64,000 bases of DNA. Source: Candidatus Marinacidobacterales bacterium (lineage in GTDB: Bacteria; Acidobacteriota; Vicinamibacteria; Marinacidobacterales; SMYC01). The notes below the pieces were generated by a model that saw nothing but the letters and a program-made list of their open reading frames with translations, did no database searches and was not told the DNA's origin. Of this stretch, positions 20,952 through 31,774 are shown one piece after another. Within the stretch, counting starts at the first letter, position 1, and each line of letters starts with the position of its first letter. The translations under genes were made by a program, and so were the position numbers. The DNA is taken from positions 288,001 through 352,000 of the forward strand of contig OZ250169.1 in the NCBI GenBank assembly GCA_965237955.1. The letters are read 5' to 3'.

Positions 20952-22137
20952 CCAGGCCCCAGGCCGTGTGCAGTAATATCCCTTTGACACGCCTAGCGGC
21001 TCCTTCGCGTGACCGGGCATTCCACCGAGCCGCCCGAAGCGCAGCGAGATTTTCCATTATTCTCCTCTGTTCCGCGAGAGCAGGGGCGAAGAGGCTGTGA
21101 GCACGGATGTCCTGTCCATTGACTTTCCAGATCCCATTTGATGACTTGGCTCTGGCACTAAGCCGTCTGTGGACGCTGGGCAAGTTCCACTGTGCTACTG
21201 CGAACTGCGGGAGAATTTTGTTCGTGTCAAAACGAAGCCGAATTAGAAGATCGGGGTAGAATAGTTCATCGTGGGATTCGTTGCTGAGGCCCACCTTGCC
21301 GCAAAACTGACGATTCCCGTTGCCGCGAATGACAAAGGCATCTCCACGCTTTACAAAGAACTGGCGAGCGACGTCCGCTTCGATCTTCGCGTGTTTGATG
21401 CACCCGGTTGAGTCGAAGAGCCCGTCACTGACCGCGCTGATACTCACTGTTTTGAAACCTTCTCCATCGGAGTTTGCACTTGGGGAGACGCCATTTCGCG
21501 GTGGCTCGCGGAGTAGTTTCGCCACTGGTACAAGTGCACTGCAAGGCATTCCGAGCATGACGTTCTCAAGAAGTCCGATTTCTGCAGCGTGGAGCAATGG
21601 TTTCAGGTTACGCAGCGACTCAACCACCGACTCCGCTGCACTTAGGACCTCAGCGATCCGCCGCTGCTCATCCAGCGGCGGCAGCAGAAACTCGTAGCTC
21701 GCCAAGTCTGAGAAGTTGACATACGGGTTGACGGATCCCTTCGATTCCCTTTTCGAGTGCGCATGAAACGGCTCGGTCTGCATAATGAACGGCAATAGTT
21801 CCGGCAGCAGGACATCTGGATCTCTTGACTCAAGCACATAGGTGGTGTTGGCGGTAATGCCCTCAAAGTCTGCTAGAGCAACTTTCCGCAGATACGTTCG
21901 GCGTGAACCATAGAGTACGTGGCGAGGCTTGAAGCGCATATGGAAGGCGGGCCCGAGGTAGTCTACGCCGATCGCGCCCCAGCGCTGGATGCGGAGATCG
22001 TCGGTGTCCATATGTTCTCCGGCGATGTAGCGCTCAAGGCCGGATTCCTCTGGATCAACCTTGTCCTTGATCTGTCGCACGACATCGCCGAATGCAACGG
22101 CGGTCCAGCCGGCCTTCGTAGTCGCCACCTCAGGCAT
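20944..22137 (-). CDS. hsdS: Type I R-M specificity subunit S
   Basis: Two TRDs with PPLDEQRRI and PALAEQRRI conserved repeats. Confidence 0.9.
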   Translation of the reverse strand: MPEVATTKAGWTAVAFGDVVRQIKDKVDPEESGLERYIAGEHMDTDDLRIQRWGAIGVDYLGPAFHMRFKPRHVLYGSRRTYLRKVALADFEGITANTTYVLESRDPDVLLPELLPFIMQTEPFHAHSKRESKGSVNPYVNFSDLASYEFLLPPLDEQRRIAEVLSAAESVVESLRNLKPLLHAAEIGLLENVMLGMPCSALVPVAKLLREPPRNGVSPSANSDGEGFKTVSISAVSDGLFDSTGCIKHAKIEADVARQFFVKRGDAFVIRGNGNRQFCGKVGLSNESHDELFYPDLLIRLRFDTNKILPQFAVAQWNLPSVHRRLSARAKSSNGIWKVNGQDIRAHSLFAPALAEQRRIMENLAALRAARWNARSREGAARRVKGILLHTAWGLDG

Positions 22138-23647
22138 CGATCACCTTCTCGGCAACGTCACTGTTCAGAGTCTCGACTAACTCGTCTATCTCCATCCAGA
22201 ACTCACGGCCGGCTGTATCGAAGTGTTTCCAATTCTCAGCGAGAGACTCGGTTGACTTCGCCGTCGATCTTGTGGCTTTTCGAGCGACATAGTGGTGAAC
22301 CGTGAGATCGCCGCTCTTCGCCAGGATTTCGTCGGTCGTCGCAACGGCGGCGAACTCGGTCTCGTTCTCGAATGCTTGGTACGCGGCGAGAATCTGCGAC
22401 TGGTGTTCAGATTGCAGGAAGCTCTGAGTGTTCTCCCTCGCGATCACATGAACGGCGTCGATGAAGAGCGTCTTGCCTTTTCGAACCTTGGGTTTCTTGG
22501 AGCGGCAAATGACGACGCAGGCTTCCATCGGCGAGTTGTAGAACAGGCTGGGCCCAAGCCCGAGCACACACTCGACCATGTCGGTCGCGACCAGGTTACG
22601 GCGCATGTTAGCCTCCGCCTTCCGAAAGAGCACCCCATGTGGGAACAGAATTGCGCAGCGACCCGTATTCGGGTCCATGCTCTTAAGGATGTGCTGGAAG
22701 AAGGCGTAGTCGGCGCGGCCCTGTGGCGGTGTTCCTAGAAAGTTGCGGCCCCAATCGTCACTCTGCCACGCCTCGCGGTTCCATTTCTTGATCGAGTACG
22801 GGGGATTGGCGAGGACCACGTCGAAGGTCTTGAGTCGGTCGCGCTCGATCAGGGCCGGATCGTGCAGCGTGTTGCCGCTGCGGATGTCGAAGTCGGAGAC
22901 GCCATGCAGCACGAGGTTCATGCGGGCGATGGCCGTGGTGATATTGATGAGCTCCTGCCCGTAAAGGCCAATGGTACGGGTGTCTCCCCCATTGCGTTTC
23001 ACTTCGGCCAAGCACGAGATGAGCATGCCGCCGGTGCCGCAGGTCGGGTCGTAGATGGTCTCGCCCTCCTTGGGTTCGAGCATCTGCGCCATCAGGTGCA
23101 CGAGCGTGCGGTTGGTATAAAACTCTTGCGCGGTGTGGCCGCTGTCGTCGGCGAATTGCTTGATGAGGTACTCGTAGCCGTTGCCGAGTTCGTCCTCGGG
23201 CACGTTGGCAAGGCTCAGAGGATGCTTCGAGAAATGCTCGATGAGATTCTTGAGCTTCTCGTCGGGCATCTGGGCCTTGTCGGTCCAGGCGGCGTTGCCG
23301 AAGACGCCCTGCAGCCGCTGCGGGTTGGCGGCCTCAATGGCTTGGTAGGCGTCCAGAAGGGCCCGGCCGATATCGCGTGAGGCCTCGCGAGCGTCCTTCC
23401 AGTGCGAACCTTCGGGAATGGTGAAGCGGTCGTTTGCGGTCTCGGTGGCGTAGCCTTCGTCCTGGGAGTCCTCGAAGGCCTCGCGGTAGTCCTCGTCCCA
23501 GACATCCGAGAGGCGCTTGAAGAAGAGCAGCGGAAAGATGTACTGCTTGTAGTCGCTGGCATCGATGAGCCCGCGCAGAAGCGTGGCCGCGCCCCAGAGG
23601 TAGGACTCGAGCTCCTTCTGTGAGAGGTGATCGCTCATTCCAGCCAT
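22130..23647 (-). CDS. hsdM: Type I R-M methyltransferase subunit M (NPPY)
   Basis: LWGAATLLRG, DPTCGTGGML, ANPPY. Confidence 0.95.
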   Translation of the reverse strand: MAGMSDHLSQKELESYLWGAATLLRGLIDASDYKQYIFPLLFFKRLSDVWDEDYREAFEDSQDEGYATETANDRFTIPEGSHWKDAREASRDIGRALLDAYQAIEAANPQRLQGVFGNAAWTDKAQMPDEKLKNLIEHFSKHPLSLANVPEDELGNGYEYLIKQFADDSGHTAQEFYTNRTLVHLMAQMLEPKEGETIYDPTCGTGGMLISCLAEVKRNGGDTRTIGLYGQELINITTAIARMNLVLHGVSDFDIRSGNTLHDPALIERDRLKTFDVVLANPPYSIKKWNREAWQSDDWGRNFLGTPPQGRADYAFFQHILKSMDPNTGRCAILFPHGVLFRKAEANMRRNLVATDMVECVLGLGPSLFYNSPMEACVVICRSKKPKVRKGKTLFIDAVHVIARENTQSFLQSEHQSQILAAYQAFENETEFAAVATTDEILAKSGDLTVHHYVARKATRSTAKSTESLAENWKHFDTAGREFWMEIDELVETLNSDVAEKVIDA

Positions 23648-25182
23648 CCTCCTTCGGTCAGCACGGTGCGGAGGTGATCTTCAGCGGCGCGAGCTTCGGA
23701 GAGTGCTTCCTTGAACGCGGCGACGGCCTCGGGGAACGGAGGTATGTCCTCGCCGATGGGCGGCAGGACGTAGCGGGAGATATTGAGCGTCCAACCTTCC
23801 TCTTTGATCTCGTCGAGGGTGACGACCTTGGCGCGGTTCTCGACATCCTCAAAGGCTTGGAACCACTCGACGATCCGCTCGCCGTGTTCGATGTCGAGGA
23901 AGTTCTGAGCGCGGCCCTTTCGGAAGAGATTCGAGGCGTCGATGATGAGCACCCTGTTCTTCCGCTCGGCAGACTTCTTGCGACGGAAGATCACGACGCA
24001 GCCGGCGAGCTGCGTACCGTAGAAGAGGTTCGGCGCGAGGCCGATGACCGCTTCGATCACGTCTTCCTTGAGGAGGGCTTCGCGGATCTTGCCTTCGGCG
24101 CTCTTGCGGAAGAGTGCGCCTTGTGGGAGGACGACGGCCATGCGGCTGCTACCGCCATAGGCCATCGACGCGATCATGTGCTGAACGAAGGCGTAGTCGC
24201 CGTAGCTGTTCGGGGGCAGCCCATGTTGCGCCCGGCCCCAGGGATCGTTCTCCCAGACCTCGCGTCCCCATTCCTTGAGTGAGAAGGGTGGATTGGCGAT
24301 CACGCAGTCGAAAGTGGCGAGGCCGCCGGCACCGTCGGTGAAGACCGGATCGCGGAGAGTGTCCTCGCGGGCGATCTGGGAGTCTTCGATGCCGTGGAGG
24401 ACGAGGTTCATCCGGGCGACTGAAGACGTCGTGAGGTTCTTTTCCTGACCGTAGACCTTGCCGAAGAAGGTGCGCGGGTCGCCGCCGGCACGCTTCACGT
24501 GGTCGATGGCGGCGAGCAGCATACCGCCGGTGCCGCAGGCGGGGTCGTAGATCGACTCGCCTTCCTTTGGGTCGAGGATCTCGACCATCATCCGTACCAC
24601 ACTACGGGGAGTGTAGAACTCGCCAGCCTTGTTGCGGCGGGTGACGTCGGCGAACTTGCCGACTAGGTACTCGTAGGCGTCGCCGAGAATGTCGGTGTCG
24701 ACGGCGGTGTTGCCGAGCGAGATCGACGAGAAACCCTCGATCAAATCCTTGAGTAGCTCGTCGGTGAACTTTTCCTTGTTGCCCCAGTCAGCGGCCCCGA
24801 AGACGCGGTAGAGCGTATCTGGGTTAGCCCGCTCGATCTCCTGCATCGCGTGGGCGAGCGCGGTTCCAACATTCACCGCTGTCTCACGGATGTCGCGCCA
24901 ATGACATCCCTCTGGCACCTGGAAGCGATGGACCTCAGGGAACTGTGACGAGTAGGCGTCGCCGTAGGTGTCTGTGGCCTCGGAGTTTTCCTCATCCCAG
25001 ACGTCGCAAATCCTTTTGAAGAAGAGCAGCGGCAGGATATAGCCCTTCCAGTCGGTGCGGTCGACGGCCGAGCCGCGGAGGATGTTGGCCGCCTCCCACA
25101 AGCGGGACTGCAGTTCTTGAGCAGTCAGTGTCACGACGTTCTCCGGGTCTCCCGGCTTCTTCTCAACCTTCATCTTCCCCAT
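23635..25182 (-). CDS. hsdM: Type I R-M methyltransferase subunit M (NPPF)
   Basis: LWEAANILRG, GEFYTP, DPACGTGGML, ANPPF. Confidence 0.95.
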   Translation of the reverse strand: MGKMKVEKKPGDPENVVTLTAQELQSRLWEAANILRGSAVDRTDWKGYILPLLFFKRICDVWDEENSEATDTYGDAYSSQFPEVHRFQVPEGCHWRDIRETAVNVGTALAHAMQEIERANPDTLYRVFGAADWGNKEKFTDELLKDLIEGFSSISLGNTAVDTDILGDAYEYLVGKFADVTRRNKAGEFYTPRSVVRMMVEILDPKEGESIYDPACGTGGMLLAAIDHVKRAGGDPRTFFGKVYGQEKNLTTSSVARMNLVLHGIEDSQIAREDTLRDPVFTDGAGGLATFDCVIANPPFSLKEWGREVWENDPWGRAQHGLPPNSYGDYAFVQHMIASMAYGGSSRMAVVLPQGALFRKSAEGKIREALLKEDVIEAVIGLAPNLFYGTQLAGCVVIFRRKKSAERKNRVLIIDASNLFRKGRAQNFLDIEHGERIVEWFQAFEDVENRAKVVTLDEIKEEGWTLNISRYVLPPIGEDIPPFPEAVAAFKEALSEARAAEDHLRTVLTEGGWLE

Positions 25183-25272
25183 ATAGCATTGTCACGTTAA
25201 ATGGGTTTGGCCGCAAAGGGCCGCATAGATTCCCTTTCGGGCGGCCCGGGGAAGGACCGAGCACCGATATGC

Positions 25273-25528
25273 TGCCTTGGTGCACAACTCCGATAGAGGC
25301 CGAGAGCTCGCTTGGCCCCGACTCCCATCATCCGATCATCTCGCTATCAGGCATCCCGAGCGCCGTCATGGTGTTGAGAATCTTGCACCCGATCCTTGCC
25401 TCAACTCTCTGTGCCGCCAACCCTCTCGCCTGCATCGCTGAGCCCACGATAGAAATGCTCATGGGGAACCTCGTATCCGCGAGTACAGGACAATTGTGGA
25501 CCGAGATCGCGAGTTGTGCACCAAGGCA
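25273..25528 (-). mobile_element. 256-bp IS5(IS903-like)-derived miniature element
   Basis: Perfect 18-bp IR TGCCTTGGTGCACAACTC; carries only the last ~35 transposase codons (QRVEARIGCKILNTMTALGMPDS). Confidence 0.75.
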
Positions 25529-25542
25529 CCCTGGAGGCCGAG

Positions 25543-25985
25543 TCAAGCCCATTCTTAGTTGAAATGTTCCACGGCTCCCGGTTCGTTTAAGCAACGTTCT
25601 TCCTCGACGTATTCTTTTTCGCGGTCTCGATCTTCAGTTCACGCTTGAGCGCTTCACGCAGCTTTGGAAGGTGTCGGTAGCCCATCACCTTCCGGAGGCG
25701 CGGCTCGATGTCGGTGAGCGCGGTCGCGAGCCAGCGTTGGCGTTGGTTCGAAGTCTTCCAGTGATCGACCTTCGCGCAACGTTCCTCGATAAGCGCATTG
25801 ACGGACTCGATGCAGTTCGTCGTCTTTAGTGAGTGACCGAGCACCCCGTACACGCCAAGACGATGCAAGGTCAGGGTCTCCTCCAGCCCCTCTTCGAGGC
25901 TAGAGGCCGCAGACTGATTCCTCTCTTCCAGCTCGCGGTGGAGTTGCTCGAGGGGCCTCAAGCGCCTCCTTGTGCGTCGGCCGGA
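25543..25985 (-). mobile_element. IS256-family transposase C-terminal remnant
   Basis: SLEEGLEETLTLHRLG...LKTTNCIESVN...RKVMGYRHL; end ATTTCAACTAAGAATGGGCTTGAC. Confidence 0.8.
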
Positions 25986-26948
25986 GGTCGAGAAGCTCGG
26001 CGACTTCTTCACGTACCTGCTCAGCATTTCCCGCCAGCGTGACGGCCTCCAGCATTCTCTCCAGACGTTCACGTTCGGCGTCCTCGAACTCATCGAGTTC
26101 TTCCCAGTCGGGCAGGTCCGGCGGTGCCGCCCGTACCAGCTCCTGGGCATGCTTAAGACCCTCCTCCAGTCGCCTTGCTCGGTTTTCGAGCGACCGTCGC
26201 ATGGCGTAAGTGCTCGAGGCGAGACGCCTCTGGTACAGCGACATCAAAAACCCGACCGCCCGAGCCCGAGGGTTGTCGCTCTCGGCTGCGGCACGGGCGC
26301 TCTGCCGTTTCACAAACCGTGTGATCTTCTGGTAAAGCTCGAACTCGGGACCATCGATGGTGAAGTTGGCTGTGCGAGGGATGCGCTTGGTGAAAACTGG
26401 TTTCGCGAACCATGTCCCATCCGACTCACGCTCTGGAAAATAGACCATCGCCTCCTTGGTGCGGCGCAGGTAGAAGGGGGCTCGCCTCCGCTCGATCGCT
26501 TCGCGAATCGACTTCACGTCAGCGTAGGCGTCCCGGTCAAGTAGCTGCAGGAACAGCGTGAAATTCTGCTGGTCGCCTTTGTGGGGCGTGGCGGTCAGCT
26601 GAAGCACGTGATCAGTACTGTCGCGCAACAGTTCCCCGAGCCTATAGCGCTGGCTCTTGTGGGTCTCATCCCGTGCGGACATCCGATGTGCTTCGTCCAC
26701 GATGACCAAGTCCCAGTGGACCTGCCGTAGTCCGGGCAGGATCTCCGTGCGCTTGGCCAAATCGAGCGAGGTGATAACCTGCTTCTGCTCCATCCATTGG
26801 TTGACGCCGAACTGATCGCGGATGTCACCGCCCTTGAGCACCAGGAATTTCTCGTCGAACTTCTCCTTGAGCTCGCGCTGCCACTGAAACGACAGGTTGG
26901 AAGGGCAGACGACGAGAACCCGTTCGATCAGGCCCCGCAGCTTAAGTT
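25986..26948 (-). pseudogene. Internal fragment of an SNF2-family helicase (defence-associated type)
   Basis: LVVCP...QWQREL, IVDEAH, LTATPHKG, RRTKE, RRLASS; bounded by IS5 and IS256 sequence. Confidence 0.8.
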
Positions 26949-28035
26949 GGCGTTGTTGCACGGCCCGGAGCAAATCGCTGACACCCCTGTGCCGGTCGGA
27001 GAGTCACCCGGCGCAGTAAGTATCGGGCATGCCGAGCGCGGTCATCTTGTTGAGTATCTCGCACCCAATTCGGTGTTCAACTCGTTGCCTCGCCAACGTT
27101 CGAGCCCGCATCTCGGGCCCCATGATCGCCTTGTAACGATAGACCGCGTTCTCCACCATGCTTCGCTCGGTGCAGCCTGAGAGCTTGTACCATTCACGTC
27201 GGCCGTGTCTTTCGATTGCACGAATATGGCGGTCGCGTTCCCGCATGGCGGTGTTCGAATTCTGACTGAGCGTGGCGTTTCGTTGCGGCGGAATCACCAC
27301 GCGCGTCCTTCGTCCAGGGCTGTGCGCTTCGATGGCTTCGTAGACCGCTTCCTTGTCGTATGCACTGTCCGCCGCCACCGACGCTATAGGTGCTTGAATC
27401 TGTGTTAGCAAAGGGGGGACTCGCGTTGCGTCGCGAGCTCGTGACGCCGTCAGTTCGGACGCAACAATGTTGCCGGTCTTGCGATCAACGGCGATGTGCA
27501 ACTTGCGCCAGGCGCGCTGCTTTGGCGGTTTGCGGGTGGTTCCAACATGAATCCTCAAGCCCGTGCTATCGATCATCAGGTGGATTGGTTGATTGCTTGC
27601 GGCTTTCCGAATCCGCAGCTTCTTGCGGAGCAGCCTCGACCGCCGACACAACGTCGAGTAGTCCGGGATCTCGATACACAGCCGGAGAAGCGAGGCGATC
27701 GAGTGCAAGAAACCTTCGGTTTGGCGGTAGGCAAGCTTGTACACCATCCGGACAACCAGGCCCGTTTCAATCGCCATCTCTGAATAGACCCGTTGACCGC
27801 CAGGCTTACCGCTCTTGTCGGCCTTCCAGTTCGCGATTGCCTCCTCGTCAAACCAGACCGTCAAATCGCCCCGGCGGCGCAGCCCTTCGTTGTATTCCGC
27901 CCAGTTGGAAACGTGGTACTTCTTCTGCTTCGCGTGCTTGTACTGGCTGCGCTTGGGATACTTCATGGTCGAACATTACCTCGGCCACCACCATAGGTAG
28001 ATTTCGCGCTCAGCCAAGAGCGGTGCAACAACGCC
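26949..28035 (-). mobile_element. IS5-family (IS903-like) element
   Basis: 13-bp IR GGCGTTGTTGCAC; no target duplication; orphan end also at 57115-57127. Confidence 0.9.
27004..27966 (-). CDS. IS5-family transposase
   Basis: NWAEYNEGLRRRGDLT, IDSTGL, WRKLH, ADSAYD. Confidence 0.9.
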   Translation of the reverse strand: MKYPKRSQYKHAKQKKYHVSNWAEYNEGLRRRGDLTVWFDEEAIANWKADKSGKPGGQRVYSEMAIETGLVVRMVYKLAYRQTEGFLHSIASLLRLCIEIPDYSTLCRRSRLLRKKLRIRKAASNQPIHLMIDSTGLRIHVGTTRKPPKQRAWRKLHIAVDRKTGNIVASELTASRARDATRVPPLLTQIQAPIASVAADSAYDKEAVYEAIEAHSPGRRTRVVIPPQRNATLSQNSNTAMRERDRHIRAIERHGRREWYKLSGCTERSMVENAVYRYKAIMGPEMRARTLARQRVEHRIGCEILNKMTALGMPDTYCAG

Positions 28036-28439
28036 CATCGGCGACGCGGTGCGCCCACATCGCCGCGACCCACCTCGACTTCGAGGAAAGAGCGCGGGCG
28101 GTAGTCAGCCGCGTTTCACGATGAGCGGGTCTTCCAGCGCTTCCCAAAAGAAGCTCTCCTCGCGTACGATGCGACGGCACTCCAGGCATTCCGTCCGAGT
28201 TGTCCACGCGTTTGGTACCACGTTTGTGCCAAAAGTACTCCGGCTAGCCCAAACAACGAAGACGATTGTCACCGCTTCTTCGAGTCTTTCGTGTCGGTTG
28301 GATCTGGTTGATGTTGGTGGTCTTTGCCCGTTTGCGACTGTTAATCCGTAAGCATCGGGAAAAAGAAAAAAGGCTGAGTCACGTCTGAGCCTCTCAATTC
28401 TCATCCCTGGCGAGCAAATCTCAGCGATCTCCCTAGAAG

Positions 28440-28560
28440 AGCTCGCGAGGCCAAGCCCTTTCCCTAGTTTCTTGGTCGTGTAGAAGGGATCAAACGTCCT
28501 GTCCGCAACTTCGCGCTTCAGACCGAGACCATCGTCTCGGACTCCTACATATAAGGTACC
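28440..28560 (-). pseudogene. Histidine kinase HATPase fragment
   Basis: VRDDGLGL...FDPFYTTK..GKGLGLA G1/F/G2 boxes only. Confidence 0.6.
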
Positions 28561-28683
28561 AATCGAGCCGGTGCCGCGTCGGCTGGTCCCCGCGAATCTC
28601 GAGAACGCCTCTAGGATCCGAGATTTCGGCTCCGTTCGTATTTTCGGACACGACGCCATCGCCCGGGGTGGAGGCCACGGGGA

Positions 28684-31101
28684 CTACTCGGACCTCAACG
28701 TCGTCATCGGGTCCACGCGGGTGGCTCGTAGTGCTGGCAGGAGCGTCGCCGCCAGACCGGTACCGCCGAGCAGCAGCGACGCCGCGATGAAGGTCGTCGA
28801 GTCGGTCGCGCTCACCTCGTAGAGAAAGCTCGTCAGCAAGCGGGTCGCTGAGATGGCCAAGAATAGACCGGCGCCGAGCCCGGCGAGAACGAGGAGTAAT
28901 CCTCGTCCCATCACCAGGCGGAGCACCGCGCTTCGATCAGCGCCGAGGGCCATGCGAAGGCCGATCTCCTGGCTCCTCTGTGTCACGTTGTGTGAGATGA
29001 CCCCGTAGATACCTATCGTCGCCAGGACGATCGCCACCCCCGCGAACACTCCCAGGACCGCCAGGTTGAATCGGGGTCGGGAAACGTTTTTAGAAACGAG
29101 CTCGTCCATCGTTTGGACGTCGCTCATCGGCAGCTCCTCGTCGATCTCCCAAATCGCATCACGGATCGTAGCGACGGCGTCGGCCGGCTCGGAGCGCGTT
29201 CTCACGGCCAGCTGCACGAACGACAGCGTAAGGTCCGTCCGCAGCAAAGGCATGAACATCCCTTCTTGCTCTTCGAGCGCCAACCCCACCAGCCGTGCAT
29301 CGCCCGCTACCCCGACCACGGTGAACCACGGATTTTCGGAGTCCGCTCCGCCGAATTTCAAGCGTTTTCCGATGGGATCTTCGCCGGGCCACGCACCCTC
29401 AGCGAGCCGGGCATTGACGACGACGTCCGCCGTCTCGGGATAGCGATCTCGATACGTGAAATCCCGGCCGAGATGGAGTGGAACCCCGAGGACGCGGAAG
29501 TAGTCGGGCGTGACGCCGAGAATCATTGGCCACTTCTCTCGCTCGACGATGTCGCCCGATGTGGCTTCGACGCTCATCTGTGCTCTCGCCCAACTTCCCG
29601 TCATCGGAGCCCACCCGGAAGCCGCCACGGAGAGGACGTCCGGAAGCGCCCCCACCTGCTCGAGGATGTCGATGAGAGCGCGCTCCGATTCGTGAGGCTC
29701 GACATACCGATACCCAGGAAGGGAGATATTCATCGTGAGGACGCCACCGGCATCGAAGCCGAGATCGACCGACACGAGGCGCACGAAGCTTCGAATCATC
29801 AAACCAGCGCTAATCGACAGCGTGAGTGCGAGCGCCACTTGCGCTACCGCCAGCACCGTTCGGAAGCGTCGGCGGTACGCGGAGGCGGTCATCGTCCTGC
29901 CCGTCGGCTTCAGCGACCCGTCGAGATCGTAGTGCGAGAGCCCGAACGCAGGAAAGATCCCGGAAAGAAGGCCGGCCGAGATGGAAACGGCCACCGCAAA
30001 CGCGAGAACCGGCGCATCGACACTCACTTCGTCGATCCGCGGGATCCCCGACGGAGCCAAGACGAGCAGCAGTCGCGTGGCGCCGATGGCGAGAAGGACT
30101 CCGAGTGTGCCGCCAACCAGTGACAAGAGCACACTCTCCGTGAGGAGCTGTTTGGCGATCCTCCCACGCGTTGCTCCCATCGCAGCACGGATGGCGAGCT
30201 CCTTTTCACGCGCGACGCCACGAACGAGGAGGAGGTTGGCGACGTTGGCGCAAGCAATAAGGAGAACGAGCGCCACCGCGCCCAGCAACACGAGCAACGT
30301 GGTCGCGACCTCACCGACGATCGCCTCTCGCAGCAGGGTGACATCGGCACCCCATCCCATCACGGGCGGACGATTCTCCTCTTCCCAACGTCGAAGAATG
30401 GCGTTGACCTCGTCGTCGGCAACGCCGACATCCACGCCCTTGCTGAGGCGAGCCAAAACCCAAAGGCTGAGTATCAACTCGCCTCGGAGTGCTTCGGCGC
30501 TCATCGGGACCAGTAAGTCGACATCGCTCGGCGTGAGCTCCCTTCCACGTGGCAAAACGCCGACAATCACGTGCACCACGCCATTGATCCGGAGCTCCCG
30601 CCCGAGAACGCCGGGCTCCCCGCCGAAGCGACGCAGCCACAGCGCATAGTCGAGAATGACGACGGGCTGCTCGGTCTTGTGCTCTTCAGGACGAAAGCTT
30701 CGCCCCAGTGCCGGCTCGATGCCTAGAAGAGACATCAAGTCGGGAAGCACGTGTGCCGCGTTGACCCGTTCGGGAGATTCATCGCCGCTCAAATTCACTT
30801 TGCTGTAAACGTATCCCGAGAGTGAGGAAAGGCTCCGGATCTGCTCTTGGATCGACACGATGTCGCGGGACAGCATCATCATTCCCTGAAAGCCCTGCTT
30901 CCTGTTGTTCCGCTTGATGCTGACGAGTGTCGCCGGATCCGAGTACGGAAGCGGCTTCAGCAGAATCCCGCTGACGAAGCTCTCGAGCGCCGTCGTCCCA
31001 CCGATGCCGAGGGCGAGCGTCAGTGTCACCAGGAGGACGAACCCGGGCGCGTGCCGAGCGGTGCGCAAGGTATAGCGGATGTCCTGACAGAGTCTCTCCA
31101 T
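28684..31101 (-). CDS. Duplicated MacB/FtsX-type ABC permease (ADOP-like)
   Basis: QDIRY...TLALGIG, LLIACANVANLLL, E.AIR.A.GA twice, VDPMTTLRSE end. Confidence 0.92.
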   Translation of the reverse strand: MERLCQDIRYTLRTARHAPGFVLLVTLTLALGIGGTTALESFVSGILLKPLPYSDPATLVSIKRNNRKQGFQGMMMLSRDIVSIQEQIRSLSSLSGYVYSKVNLSGDESPERVNAAHVLPDLMSLLGIEPALGRSFRPEEHKTEQPVVILDYALWLRRFGGEPGVLGRELRINGVVHVIVGVLPRGRELTPSDVDLLVPMSAEALRGELILSLWVLARLSKGVDVGVADDEVNAILRRWEEENRPPVMGWGADVTLLREAIVGEVATTLLVLLGAVALVLLIACANVANLLLVRGVAREKELAIRAAMGATRGRIAKQLLTESVLLSLVGGTLGVLLAIGATRLLLVLAPSGIPRIDEVSVDAPVLAFAVAVSISAGLLSGIFPAFGLSHYDLDGSLKPTGRTMTASAYRRRFRTVLAVAQVALALTLSISAGLMIRSFVRLVSVDLGFDAGGVLTMNISLPGYRYVEPHESERALIDILEQVGALPDVLSVAASGWAPMTGSWARAQMSVEATSGDIVEREKWPMILGVTPDYFRVLGVPLHLGRDFTYRDRYPETADVVVNARLAEGAWPGEDPIGKRLKFGGADSENPWFTVVGVAGDARLVGLALEEQEGMFMPLLRTDLTLSFVQLAVRTRSEPADAVATIRDAIWEIDEELPMSDVQTMDELVSKNVSRPRFNLAVLGVFAGVAIVLATIGIYGVISHNVTQRSQEIGLRMALGADRSAVLRLVMGRGLLLVLAGLGAGLFLAISATRLLTSFLYEVSATDSTTFIAASLLLGGTGLAATLLPALRATRVDPMTTLRSE

Positions 31102-31229
31102 GGAGACGCCTCCCTGAGCTCGACGAATTCCGTTCCTAATCGCCCTGCACGGCATCGGCAATCGGCGGACAAGGATATTCTACTACCAACCGATTTCCGA
31201 AAAGGAAATCTACGAGGACGCAGGGATCT

Positions 31230-31403
31230 CGGGAGGAACCCTGGAGCGCCCAGGCCTGCAGCGCTTGCTCGACGACATCGATGCCGGTCTCGTCGAGCAG
31301 ATCGTGGTCTACAAGGTCGACCGGCTGACCCGTTCCCTCTCCGACTTTGCGAAGCTCGTCGAACGGCTCGAGGCGGTCGGCGCGGTTTTCGTCTCGGTGA
31401 CCC
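31230..31403 (+). pseudogene. Serine recombinase catalytic-domain fragment
   Basis: GGTLERPGLQRLL...VVYKVDRLTRSL; cut by the IS end at 31404; paralogous to 60750-61499. Confidence 0.8.
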
Positions 31404-31774
31404 CGTCCTGTGCCAAAACTCGGCCCTTTTGAAATAGGCCATAAATCAGCAACTTAGTGTCTGTGTTTGCGACCGGGCCAAGGGCCGTGGGCTTTACAAT
31501 CGTCTTGGGCGGGCGGGTCGTCACCATGCAGATGACCACCTAGTCGAGAGCGAATATCGAAGCATGTTCCTGAAGCTGTTTCCACGCTACGCCGGTCGAG
31601 CCCGCCGAGGGGCTACCGTCGCCGGCGACCATCTACGCGGCACGGCAGTAGTAGTTGAGAATGCCACCAAGTCGCTCTCGCGACACGATGGGGCCAGCGT
31701 CATTCGCGCTTGCCGGCAGAGGTGTGATGAGCTCGTTGCCGAGACCTTGGTGGTTCCGTTCTGTGTGATAGTGC

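Noticed and set aside
25587-26973. Apparent helicase-transposase fusion ORFs (25587-26150, 25900-26973)
   Set aside because: Chimeric read-through across deletion junctions between an SNF2 fragment and IS256/IS5 sequence.
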